A stretch of DNA of 64,000 nucleotides. Origin: an uncultured Candidatus Saccharibacteria bacterium. GTDB lineage: Bacteria; Patescibacteriota; Minisyncoccia; Phycocordibacterales; UBA2100. How positions within the stretch are numbered: position 1 is the stretch's first letter; every line of letters starts with the position of its first letter. This document shows, piece by piece, positions 18,696 to 27,440 of this stretch. The notes under the pieces were generated by a model that saw nothing but the letters and a program-made list of their open reading frames with translations, was not told where the DNA came from and did not search any database. Where the stretch lies: NCBI GenBank assembly GCA_964545165.1, contig CAZJEQ010000002.1, positions 37,072 through 101,071 of the forward strand, in the 5' to 3' direction. The translations under genes and the position numbers were made by a program.

Positions 18696-18896
18696 ATGCA
18701 AACAGGAACTATCGCCCGCCTCACCGATAAGGGTTTCGGGTTCATCAAAGTCGAGGGTCAGGAAAAGGATCTCTTTTTCCACTCCAACGAACTCACGAAC
18801 GTCCGTTTCGACGAACTTCGCGAGGGCGACACCCTCTCCTTCGAGGTCGCTGAGAGCCCGAAAGGTCTCAACGCGGTCAAGATCAGCCGCGCATAA
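18696..18896 (+). CDS. csp: Cold shock protein
   Basis: KGFGFI (RNP1), LFFH (RNP2), KGLNA. Confidence 0.95.
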   Translation: MQTGTIARLTDKGFGFIKVEGQEKDLFFHSNELTNVRFDELREGDTLSFEVAESPKGLNAVKISRA

Positions 18897-18920
18897 GCCT
18901 CACGGCTTAGCCACTACCAC

Positions 18921-18942
18921 AGGCGCCCTTCGGGGCGCTTTT
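18921..18942 (+). terminator. Intrinsic terminator of csp
   Basis: ggcgccc-ttcg-gggcgct followed by a T run. Confidence 0.8.
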
Positions 18943-19044
18943 GGTTTTGCACAATCACTCATTCCCTCATTGACTTTTCATGTAATCATCGTACAATCGT
19001 TGCTGGACTGGAGGGGTTTCAGTCGCCATAGAGGGGTACCGATC

Positions 19045-19377
19045 ATGACCACACCCGACACGCACGAAGTCGTCGTCGTGGAATCTGAGACAAAGTTTAC
19101 TGCAGCCTGCACAAGCTGCAGGAAACGCTACGCTGAAGGAGAAGGCCGCTTCGCCGTTGCCATCAAGCAGAACGGCAATCTGCTCGGCGTATGTGTTGAT
19201 GACCAGCGCACGTGCCACGGCGTGGTGCCGATCATTGCCGCGTATAACGTGCGCAGCGACGCGATCCAAAAGATGGGTGAGATCGCTCGACGCATCGAAC
19301 AGGCCGGTACTGTCGAGAAGATCAAGACCCACCCGTTCGCGGAGCAGCCGCGGGAAGTGAGGCTGGTGTTTGCCTGA
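19045..19377 (+). CDS. Hypothetical Cys-containing protein
   Basis: SD-like GAGGGG before ATG; CTSC plus two further Cys. Confidence 0.55.
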   Translation: MTTPDTHEVVVVESETKFTAACTSCRKRYAEGEGRFAVAIKQNGNLLGVCVDDQRTCHGVVPIIAAYNVRSDAIQKMGEIARRIEQAGTVEKIKTHPFAEQPREVRLVFA

Positions 19378-19438
19378 TGGCGAACACCAGGACAAGAAAG
19401 CCGAACGTGTCCGCGTGACACTAGTAGGCTTTTTCTTT

Positions 19439-20344
19439 TTATTTAAATACGACCGAGCCGCTATCAAATTTGAGATCGAGTATCAATTCTCCGCGCGAAG
19501 TGAAATGGTAGCTGGAGGTGTTGGCCAGAAATCCGGAGAAGACGGCTTCCTGTGAATTCTCACATGCCATCAACGTCTGCGCGATATCACTAAAGACAAT
19601 GGTACCGGTCGACGCGCGCGCATACGTGCCACCCATTGAATTGCAATCGGTCGTCGCACCGAACGTCCCGTCATCTTTAAAGGTGAGTGTAAATTTCCCT
19701 GTCTGTGTCGGCGTAATTTCTGTTTCGTCATTGAGCAGCGTCGATTGCCACACCCACGTTTTCATATCGAGGGTCATGCGAGACGGATCTGCCTCACCCT
19801 CAAAATTATTCTCGACAACGCCAAATTGGCGGCTGACCGGATCGAGCTTAAGGTACATGCTTGTGCCGACCGACGGTGATGTTGTCATCGGCTCACCCGC
19901 AGCTCGATCTGCGTAATTCACCGCGATGACGCGCTGATGCTGCGGATTGGTGCTCAGATCAATAGTCTGCGGTGCAATACGATCGCCGATCAAAACCGCA
20001 TCGGTACCGACGTAGCCGCGCTCCGTATTGAGACTTCCCACCACATAGTAGAAGGTGCCCGAGCCACCAGGACTCTGCGTGATAAAGAAGACAACGTCTT
20101 CTCGCCCATCACCATCGAGGTCCGTCTTCAAGTCATTACCGAAATAACGCGTGGTCGCATTGTCGATGCGGACGCGCTGCCCATCGATGATGAATTCGGC
20201 CGCCTTGTAGTCGCCTGCGGCAAAGCCCTGTTTCTGGTCGTAGATATACCAATTAAACGCATAGAATGCGCCCACCAAAAGCCCGACTCCGAGAATCGCG
20301 AGGAGGATCAGCCGCTTCATATGGTCTCCGAGCATGCCTGGCAT
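19439..20344 (-). CDS. META/HslJ domain-containing protein
   Basis: N-terminal TM; TTDCNSMGGTY...TLMAC META motif; start supported by TACAAT-N6-ATG. Confidence 0.85.
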   Translation of the reverse strand: MPGMLGDHMKRLILLAILGVGLLVGAFYAFNWYIYDQKQGFAAGDYKAAEFIIDGQRVRIDNATTRYFGNDLKTDLDGDGREDVVFFITQSPGGSGTFYYVVGSLNTERGYVGTDAVLIGDRIAPQTIDLSTNPQHQRVIAVNYADRAAGEPMTTSPSVGTSMYLKLDPVSRQFGVVENNFEGEADPSRMTLDMKTWVWQSTLLNDETEITPTQTGKFTLTFKDDGTFGATTDCNSMGGTYARASTGTIVFSDIAQTLMACENSQEAVFSGFLANTSSYHFTSRGELILDLKFDSGSVVFK

Positions 20345-20361
20345 GGCTCTATTGTACCCGG

Positions 20362-21297
20362 TTATTCACCTTGTGCAGCTTTCTCGAGCGCGGCGATATC
20401 AAACTTTTTCATTTTCATCATGGCCGAGAGGGCACGCTTGGATTTCTCTTCATCCGGGTCGTGCATCAATTCAAACATCGCTCGCGGTGTCACCTGCCAG
20501 GAGAAGCCGAAGCGGTCCTTGAGCCAGCCACAGACGCTCTCCGTGCCGCCGCCCGCGCGAAGCGCATCCCAGAAGTAATCCACTTCTGCCTGATCGGCAC
20601 ACTCCACGCTGTAGGAGATCCCTTCGTTGAAGGCGAAGGGATGATTGTGCGCGCTGTCCATAGCCGCAAACCACTGGCCTGCGAGCATGGCGTCGCCGTA
20701 CATGAGCGTCCCCTCCTTGTCTGGCTCGCTCCCCGCGGGGTATTTCGCGAGCGTGCCCACCTGGGAATTCTTGAAGACGGATGCGTAGAAATTGAGTGCC
20801 TCCTCCGCTCTGCCGGCATTTGCACCAACGAAGAGCATCGACGGGACGATGCTCGGGCGCGGCTCTCCTGCCGGATTCGTGAGGATGAGCTGCCAGCTGG
20901 TGCCGAAGCGATCCTCGATCCAGCCAAATTTCTTGGAAAAGGGGTACTCCTGGAGCGGCATACGCACCGTGCCACCCTCGGAGAGCTTGCCCCACATGGT
21001 CTCGAGATCCGCGGCGGCATTGGGATTCCTCGACGGGTCGAAATTCACAAAAAAGGACACCGACGGATTCTTCTGGAACACCGGCCCGCCATCGAGCCCC
21101 ATAAAGGTGAAGCCATCAAGCTCAAAAACTGCCGTGAGCACCTTGCCACTCATGCCCTGCATGGGGCCTTCACTCATGCCTTCGGGGTAGCGCTTGATGG
21201 TCTTAATAGACGCATTCGGGAAGACCGTCAGGTAGAAATTCATGGCCTCCTCGCAATTATTTTTGTCGAACCACAGACACGGGGTGATTTTTTGCAT
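20362..21297 (-). CDS. Tandem PhnB-like VOC (3-demethylubiquinone-9 3-methyltransferase family) protein
   Basis: MQKITPCLWF, EEAMNFY, FGWIEDRFGTSWQ and CGWLKDRFGFSWQ (two domains). Confidence 0.9.
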   Translation of the reverse strand: MQKITPCLWFDKNNCEEAMNFYLTVFPNASIKTIKRYPEGMSEGPMQGMSGKVLTAVFELDGFTFMGLDGGPVFQKNPSVSFFVNFDPSRNPNAAADLETMWGKLSEGGTVRMPLQEYPFSKKFGWIEDRFGTSWQLILTNPAGEPRPSIVPSMLFVGANAGRAEEALNFYASVFKNSQVGTLAKYPAGSEPDKEGTLMYGDAMLAGQWFAAMDSAHNHPFAFNEGISYSVECADQAEVDYFWDALRAGGGTESVCGWLKDRFGFSWQVTPRAMFELMHDPDEEKSKRALSAMMKMKKFDIAALEKAAQGE

Positions 21298-21399
21298 ACG
21301 TGCATTGTACCAGCACCCTGTCGAAAGTTTTGATGAATCTTGACCAACCCCTCCAAAGATGTTAATATGCTCATAGGTCAGTCTACAAGGAAAGTTGAA

Positions 21400-21978
21400 A
21401 TGACACGATATATTGATCCGGCTCATGCCGTGGTGCGCCTCAACGCCACCATCAACGAGGAGCAGTTTGCGACCGCCCGCAAGGAAATCGCCGACCTCCT
21501 CGACACCCCGGGTATCAAAAGCGTCACGCTGCGCGTCAACGCGATCAGCGGCATGATCCCCACTGCGTGCGACATGCACGAACACGTCTCGGATCTCCGG
21601 AGGAATTCTCCCATTCCGCTTCGTGTGCTCGCGGCCGGCTGCTGCGGTGCCAGCGCTCTCTTGGTGATTCTTGCCTTCGATCGGCAACATCGCTGCTACA
21701 CCAAGGACACGATGTTTGTCCTGCAAAAGCCGTTCTTCGAGCCCCTCTATCCCCGTCGCAGCTATGAAGCCGACGGCGATATATCGGCAGACAAGGCGCG
21801 CGCGCTCACCGACGAGCGGTTCTATCGCCTCTTTGGCGCGGGCCTGAACCAATCAGCCGCAGAGGCCCGGCAGCTGTTCGTGCCTGATAGGGCACGCCGC
21901 ATCCTCAGCCTGGAGAAGGCGTGCGCCCTGGGCATCGTTACCGAGTTCGTCCCGAGTGATGAGTCACTCGCGGCCTAG
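21400..21978 (+). CDS. Divergent ClpP-like protein, probably catalytically inactive
   Basis: ClpP-like layout (VTLRVNAISG, GCCGASALLVI, FVLQKP, LSLEKACALGIV) with a degenerate catalytic Ser/His context. Confidence 0.6.
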   Translation: MTRYIDPAHAVVRLNATINEEQFATARKEIADLLDTPGIKSVTLRVNAISGMIPTACDMHEHVSDLRRNSPIPLRVLAAGCCGASALLVILAFDRQHRCYTKDTMFVLQKPFFEPLYPRRSYEADGDISADKARALTDERFYRLFGAGLNQSAAEARQLFVPDRARRILSLEKACALGIVTEFVPSDESLAA

Positions 21979-22030
21979 TCATTCGCGGACCAGATCTTTG
22001 CCGACGTGCGCTCTGCACGTCGGCTACACA

Positions 22031-22064
22031 AAGAAAGCCACCCTCTCGGGTGGCTCACTTTTTT
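22031..22064. terminator. Bidirectional terminator
   Basis: agccaccc-tctc-gggtggct flanked by A and T runs between convergent genes. Confidence 0.75.
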
Positions 22065-22076
22065 ATATATTTTATC

Positions 22077-23345
22077 TTAGCGGCGGCGGAAGCTGCGATT
22101 GGCCGGGCGGCCACCACCTGGGCGACCAAAGCCAGGGCGTCCACCGAATGATGGGCGGCCCGTTGAGCGGCCGCGAGACGGGCGACGACCGCGGTCATCA
22201 TCATCTTCTCCCGGCGGGAGCGTCACGCTCGGCAAATCATGTGGCAGCTGCGAAACGGGGAGTGGCTTTTTGGTGAGGCGTTCGATGTCGCGGATTTCAT
22301 TGCGCTCGCTCGGCAGTGCGAATGAAATGGCATGGCCATCAGCGCCCGCACGTGCGGTGCGTCCAATGCGGTGCACGTAATCGGCGGTTTGCATCGGCAT
22401 GTCGTAGTTGATCACGAGCTCGATGCCGGTGACGTCGATACCACGCGCCGCAATGTCGGTGGCGACGAGCACGCGGTACTTGCCGCGCTTGAAGCCTTCG
22501 AGCGCCTCTTTGCGCTGCGAGAGCGAACGATTCGAGTGGATCTCTGCGGCAGCATGGCCCTTGGCGCGCAAGTGCTGTGCGATTCGCTTGGCAGTGTATT
22601 TCATCTTGGTAAAGACGATGGTCGAGCCTTTGTACTGCTCGAGCACCTTTTCGAGGAGAGCGATTTTCGCGGCCTTCGGCACGATAAAGATTTCCTGCGT
22701 CACGCGCTCAGCGGTCGTACCCTGCGGCGCGATCTCGATCGAGGTCGGCACCTTCATGTGCGTCGCGGCAATCTGCATGATCTCGCGCGAGAGCGTGGCG
22801 GAGAAGAGCATGGTCTGACGCTCACGCGGAATCTCCTGGAGGATGCGCTTCATCTGTGGGAGGAATCCCATGTCGAGCATGCGATCAGCTTCGTCGAGGA
22901 CGAGAATGCTCACGCCCGAGAGACGGATGGTCCCCTGCTCCATGTGATCGATGAGGCGGCCGGGAGTGGCGATGACAATGTGTGGGCCGTCGCGAAGTGC
23001 GCGGACCTGCGGATTCATATTCGCTCCACCGATCAAGACCGCTGTCTTCACGCCAAGCGGTGTGCCGACGCGGCGAATTGATTCTTCCACCTGCAGCGCA
23101 AGCTCACGAGTCGGGACGAGCACGAGGCCGCCACCGTCTTCCATGAGGCGCTGAATCATTGGGATACCGAAGGCGAGTGTCTTGCCGGTACCGGTCTGCG
23201 CGACACCGATGACGTCTTTGCCTTCGATCGCAAGCGGAATCGACTGATGCTGAATCGGCGTCGGGGTCGAGAATTTGAGACGCGTGAGCACCTCGCGCAC
23301 GGCCGGTGCGATGCCGAGGCCATCGAATGAAAGTTCAGCGTTCAT
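22077..23345 (-). CDS. DEAD-box RNA helicase (RhlE-like)
   Basis: AQTGTGKT, PTRELA, DEAD, SAT, HRIGRTAR, RG-rich tail. Start probably MNAELSF, 1 nt after the upstream small ORF. Confidence 0.95.
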   Translation of the reverse strand: MNAELSFDGLGIAPAVREVLTRLKFSTPTPIQHQSIPLAIEGKDVIGVAQTGTGKTLAFGIPMIQRLMEDGGGLVLVPTRELALQVEESIRRVGTPLGVKTAVLIGGANMNPQVRALRDGPHIVIATPGRLIDHMEQGTIRLSGVSILVLDEADRMLDMGFLPQMKRILQEIPRERQTMLFSATLSREIMQIAATHMKVPTSIEIAPQGTTAERVTQEIFIVPKAAKIALLEKVLEQYKGSTIVFTKMKYTAKRIAQHLRAKGHAAAEIHSNRSLSQRKEALEGFKRGKYRVLVATDIAARGIDVTGIELVINYDMPMQTADYVHRIGRTARAGADGHAISFALPSERNEIRDIERLTKKPLPVSQLPHDLPSVTLPPGEDDDDRGRRPSRGRSTGRPSFGGRPGFGRPGGGRPANRSFRRR

Positions 23346-23346
23346 A

Positions 23347-23511
23347 TTAGTCGCGGACATGCGCGCTCTTGTAGATGCAAGTCAGACACTCCTTCTGCAT
23401 GCGACGGGTTTTGATGTACTTATTGCCACACGTGCAGACAAGCGCGGTTGTTTTAAGCGGCTTGGCGACCCACTTGCCGTTTTTATTGAATGTTTTGGTC
23501 GGGAGATTCAT
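23347..23511 (-). CDS. Putative 54-aa zinc-finger microprotein (absent from ORF track)
   Basis: MNLPTKTFNKNGKWVAKPLKTTALVCTCGNKYIKTRRMQKECLTCIYKSAHVRD, with CxC and CxxC; TAA-T-ATG junction to the helicase. Confidence 0.65.
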   Translation of the reverse strand: MNLPTKTFNKNGKWVAKPLKTTALVCTCGNKYIKTRRMQKECLTCIYKSAHVRD

Positions 23512-23569
23512 ATCTCAGTAACGTCGCTCTAGAGAGCGCTCAAATCGAGGACGAGAGCAACGTCCGACT

Positions 23570-23598
23570 ATAATACTATATTTATGAAGAATGGTCAA
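23570..23598 (-). promoter_or_regulatory. sigma70-type promoter (TTGACC-N17-TATTAT) for microprotein-helicase unit
   Basis: Hexamers and spacing read directly on the - strand. Confidence 0.6.
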
Positions 23599-23615
23599 GA
23601 TTGGCCCCGAAACGC

Positions 23616-24419
23616 CTAGCGGTTGTCGGTGCGCTTGGAAATCTCGAAGGTGAAGCGATACGCGCTCGGATCTTTCTCCTGCCCTGCGACTGGCGCGGGG
23701 GTCACAGAGACCAGCGTCACAAATTCCGCCTCGGAGGAGATCGGAAAGCCCAGCTCAAAGGTGACCGGCGCGGTGCCCATGCCACTCTCCAGCGTCGCCT
23801 TGAGCTTCACGGTGCCTGCCCAGATGCACTGCACGTTTTGCGGACAGCGACTGTCATCGGTAACTTCGAGCGGTGTAATCGAAATACCGAGTGCCGAGAC
23901 TTTTTGTCCAAGCTTCGCCGTGACCGTCGCTTTCTGCGGTGCTGGAGTAGTCGATGTCGAAATGATCTCGATGCGGCGTACGAGCAGATCCGCTCCACGA
24001 TCGATGCCGGTCACGCGCACGCGCTTGCCCGCATAGCGCACATCGGGAGACGAGCTGAGCGCCATGCAGAGGATCGACGGGTCCGTACCGCACATGCTCT
24101 CGGCATCCATCGCGAGATTTTTTGTGTACGTCTGCCCCTCTTTTACATAGACGAGTGAGCCAGGACCGACGGGCTGCATGGGATCGTTGAAGACCATCGT
24201 GCCTTCGGCGACAAACATGGCATCACCATTCGGGCAGGCGGCAAATTCGCAATTCGGCCCCGTGCGACCGACTGCTGAGCCGTCGGGACACATCTTGGCT
24301 TCCATCGTGCAGCCCTGCGCAATCGGCGCGCCTTTTTGATACGTATTAAAGGCCAGCACTCCCACGATGGCGAGCGCCGCAGCGACCCCGGCAACCGCGA
24401 ACAAAGACATTTTATTCAT
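23616..24419 (-). CDS. Hypothetical membrane-anchored Cys-rich protein
   Basis: N-terminal TM; CTMEAKMCPDGSAVGRTGPNCEFAACP and DSRCPQNVQCIWAG motifs. Confidence 0.75.
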   Translation of the reverse strand: MNKMSLFAVAGVAAALAIVGVLAFNTYQKGAPIAQGCTMEAKMCPDGSAVGRTGPNCEFAACPNGDAMFVAEGTMVFNDPMQPVGPGSLVYVKEGQTYTKNLAMDAESMCGTDPSILCMALSSSPDVRYAGKRVRVTGIDRGADLLVRRIEIISTSTTPAPQKATVTAKLGQKVSALGISITPLEVTDDSRCPQNVQCIWAGTVKLKATLESGMGTAPVTFELGFPISSEAEFVTLVSVTPAPVAGQEKDPSAYRFTFEISKRTDNR

Positions 24420-24470
24420 GATGTAAGTATAGACGAACAGCGCACCCCTTTATTTCAGGAGAGATATCCC

Positions 24471-25433
24471 TTACTTCTCATCTTTGAGTTTGTTGAGGAT
24501 TTTCTTGACTGCTTCCACACTCTCGTCGTCGAGGATGGAGAATGGGGTCGCCGTGACCTTTATCTTCTTGAGCGCGGCAAGCTGCTTCTTGAGCGTCGCA
24601 GCATCTACCTGATCGCATTTGCTGAGAAATACGTACTCCTGTTTTTCGGCAAGCTCCGGATTGTATTCTTTGAGCTCTTTGCGAACGACTTTGTAATCAC
24701 GGACCACATCATCGCTCTCTGCGGAGACGAGATGGAAGAGGGTCTTGGTGCGTTCGACATGCTTGAGGAATTTGAATCCGAGCCCTTTGCCGTCCGAGGC
24801 ACCTTCGATGAGACCTGGGATGTCCGCGATGATGAGCTCGTAGTAGGCACCGAGGTGTGGCTCAAGCGTCGTGAAGGCATACGCCGCCACGCGTGAGCGT
24901 GCGGCAGTGAGCTGATTCAGAAGCGATGATTTCCCGGCATTCGGCAATCCGACGAGTCCCACATCCGCGATGAGGCGCAGCTCAATGCGATAGGTATTGA
25001 TGTCCCCCGGCTTTCCTTCTTCGAATTCTGTCGGCGAAGTGTTGGTCGAGGAGCGAAATTTGAAATTGCCGCGACCACCGTCGCCACCGCCGGCGACGAG
25101 CGCGCGCTCGCCCACCTGCGAGATTTCACGGACAAATCCGGTCTCGAGATTCGTGTAGCGCGTACCGGTCGGCACCTTGATGATGCGGTCTTCGCCGCCT
25201 TTGCCATCAATAAATTGTCCGCGACCATTCCCGCCGTCTTTGGCCTTGATCACCTTTTGGTGCGCCAATGATTGCAACGCCGAGAGATCGGAAACGCCCT
25301 CGAGAAAAATAGAGCCGCCACGACCACCGTCCGCACCCGTCGGGCCCAAGGCCTTCTTGACCTTGTTGAACGCAGCAGAGCCGCGTCCTCCGCGGCCTGC
25401 CTCAAAACGTATAGTGAGATCGTCTACCAGCAT
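24471..25433 (-). CDS. obg: GTPase Obg/CgtA (no C-terminal domain)
   Basis: Gly-rich Obg fold, GLPNAGKSS, FTTLEP, DIPGLIEGA. Confidence 0.95.
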   Translation of the reverse strand: MLVDDLTIRFEAGRGGRGSAAFNKVKKALGPTGADGGRGGSIFLEGVSDLSALQSLAHQKVIKAKDGGNGRGQFIDGKGGEDRIIKVPTGTRYTNLETGFVREISQVGERALVAGGGDGGRGNFKFRSSTNTSPTEFEEGKPGDINTYRIELRLIADVGLVGLPNAGKSSLLNQLTAARSRVAAYAFTTLEPHLGAYYELIIADIPGLIEGASDGKGLGFKFLKHVERTKTLFHLVSAESDDVVRDYKVVRKELKEYNPELAEKQEYVFLSKCDQVDAATLKKQLAALKKIKVTATPFSILDDESVEAVKKILNKLKDEK

Positions 25434-25452
25434 CGACGGATGCTACCACGAG

Positions 25453-25839
25453 TCAGCCAATAAAGCCGAACCCCGAACCAGCAAGATAGAGACCCGCGAG
25501 AATGGCGATGACGCCACCGACGCCATACCACTGCGGCGTATTGAACGCTGCGACGAATTTCTGGACGCGCTTGTACGGCATGGAGAGGTAGATGATGCCC
25601 TCTACGATGAGCATGTAGCCGATGATCGAGATAAGCCCGTTGACCGAGACGCTCACCAATGGGTACGTGAGGACGATGGCGAGACCCGCGAGGATCTCAG
25701 CGAGTGCAATGACCAAAAGAAGCGGACGATTCGCGACAAGCTGGCGAATAGCTGGCATGACGGCACGACGACGATACAGCACGATGCCGCCGATCAGAAT
25801 AAAGTAGATGCCGAGTAATTGTGAAAGTGAGAATTCCAT
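25453..25839 (-). CDS. Hypothetical 4-TM membrane protein
   Basis: Hydrophobic ORF co-directional with obg. Confidence 0.7.
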   Translation of the reverse strand: MEFSLSQLLGIYFILIGGIVLYRRRAVMPAIRQLVANRPLLLVIALAEILAGLAIVLTYPLVSVSVNGLISIIGYMLIVEGIIYLSMPYKRVQKFVAAFNTPQWYGVGGVIAILAGLYLAGSGFGFIG

Positions 25840-25934
25840 GGCGAGGAGTATTAAATAAATGATTGATGCACAAACAATAGCATCTTCTTTTCTTCACAAG
25901 CGAAGAAAAGTCCGCGCCTGTGTATATTCAAATG

Positions 25935-25968
25935 CAAAACGGCCTCGCACAGAAGCGAGGCCGTTTTG
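25935..25968 (-). terminator. Intrinsic terminator
   Basis: caaaacggcctcgc-N6-gcgaggccgttttg. Confidence 0.75.
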
Positions 25969-25978
25969 TTGCGGACAT

Positions 25979-26926
25979 TTAGCGGAAAAGATTCTTCAGA
26001 AAACCGACTGAGTGCGTGAGCACAAAGACAACTGATGCAGAGATCGAATCATTCACTCCCGTCGTCGTGGGTCCGAAGACGACAATGTTGCTGCCTACTT
26101 TGAGCGCGGCAGAAGTGGTGGCTGAGCCGCCTGCTGCGAAGAAGGTCGACGCAGAGGTGTTGACCGTCGTCGGCCCCGTGCCGAAGCGATCGATCGTGAT
26201 GACATTACCGTTGACCGCCGTCACGGTACCCGCACGTACGCCATTCATCTCAGCGAGCATTTCACGCGCCTTGAGTGCTTTGTCAGTAATCTTGGTTGCA
26301 GCGACCGTCGTGCCAGTCACGGTACCTTTCACCTCGACGCGATCACCAATCTGGATTTTCGCGAGCATCGCCGTATCAGACGAGCCGTTGATCGTGGCGC
26401 CCGAGGCATTAACGGAGTAGACGGAGCCATTTTCACCAGTGATGGTGAGTGTTGCGCCAGAGAGACCAGCAACCGTGCCACTGACCTGCGCAGCAGCATT
26501 CACCGTCTTGTCCGTGATCTTGCTTGCCGTAATGACCGAGCCCGAGAGCGTGCCCGCTACTTTGATCGTGTGTCCGATGGCGAGCGAGCTCAGCGGGAGC
26601 GTCGATCCATTGCTGTCAGAGATCGCGGCGCTTGCAGCATTTACGGTGTACACGGCACCCTTCTCACCACCAATCGTAATGGTGGAACCACTGATTGCGG
26701 TGATCGTACCGCCAACCGATATGGTGTTGTTATCGTGGTCTTTGTCCTTGTCCTTCGCGCCGCGCCCATCGTCGTGCAATGCCTTGAGGATACCGCCGAT
26801 GTTTACGGCAAAACGATTACCGTGGTCGCCCCCCTGCTTCTGATCAGAGTGGGCGAATACGGGAGAGGCAGTCGTCAGTGCCACCATGAGTGCGCCTGAG
26901 GCTGCAATATAACGAATAGATTTCAT
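25979..26926 (-). CDS. DUF5666 repeat secreted protein
   Basis: Signal peptide; three GTI/V...IG..V.V.G...A..I repeats. Confidence 0.8.
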   Translation of the reverse strand: MKSIRYIAASGALMVALTTASPVFAHSDQKQGGDHGNRFAVNIGGILKALHDDGRGAKDKDKDHDNNTISVGGTITAISGSTITIGGEKGAVYTVNAASAAISDSNGSTLPLSSLAIGHTIKVAGTLSGSVITASKITDKTVNAAAQVSGTVAGLSGATLTITGENGSVYSVNASGATINGSSDTAMLAKIQIGDRVEVKGTVTGTTVAATKITDKALKAREMLAEMNGVRAGTVTAVNGNVITIDRFGTGPTTVNTSASTFFAAGGSATTSAALKVGSNIVVFGPTTTGVNDSISASVVFVLTHSVGFLKNLFR

Positions 26927-27062
26927 AGAGTTGTATTACTTAGTAAGCGTCGCCCTGAGCGACATAGATAGAGACGCATGAGGTGCACCAAACTTAACGG
27001 AATCAAATCACGTCATTCATAATTGATATCGTCAAACGAGCCCGCGCAAAGTTTTCCACATG

Positions 27063-27096
27063 GTACCTTGCGATACATAGTACTGGGTGCTAACAT
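27063..27096 (+). promoter_or_regulatory. Promoter TTGCGA-N17-TAACAT with imperfect inverted repeat GTACCTTG-N5-CATAGTAC (putative PadR operator)
   Basis: The repeat overlaps the -35/spacer; the -10 lies 6 nt before the padR ATG. Confidence 0.55.
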
Positions 27097-27102
27097 CGCC
27101 GC

Positions 27103-27435
27103 ATGGGAAAGGAAACTGATTTTGAAGAATCAAAAGCGCAGATGCGCCGCGGCATGTTGGAGTTCTGCACGCTGCTCGCAATCTCGCGCGACACCGTGTA
27201 TGCGTCCGATATCTTAAAAACGCTCAAGGGTGCCGATCTCCTCGTCGTCGAGGGCACACTCTATCCCCTCCTTACACGCCTCAAGACCGAGGGACTCTTG
27301 GAGTACGACTGGAAGGAATCGTCTGCTGGTCCGCCTCGCAAATACTATGCGCTCACGTCGAAGGGCACGGACAAACTTAAGCAATTAAAAGCAACCTGGG
27401 GTTCATTGGTCGAATCAATTAACACACTTATTTAA
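27103..27435 (+). CDS. PadR family transcriptional regulator
   Basis: QMRRGMLE, EGTLYPLLTRL, GPPRKYY. Confidence 0.92.
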   Translation: MGKETDFEESKAQMRRGMLEFCTLLAISRDTVYASDILKTLKGADLLVVEGTLYPLLTRLKTEGLLEYDWKESSAGPPRKYYALTSKGTDKLKQLKATWGSLVESINTLI

Positions 27436-27440
27436 CGTCT

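Noticed and set aside
20362-21852. 496-aa version of the VOC protein
   Set aside because: The N-terminal extension is antisense to the ClpP-like gene; the family start MQKITP has TACAAT-N6-ATG at 21297.
27052-27067. parS-like TTTTCCACATGGTACC
   Set aside because: At least three mismatches to the parS palindrome; it partly overlaps the better explained padR operator.
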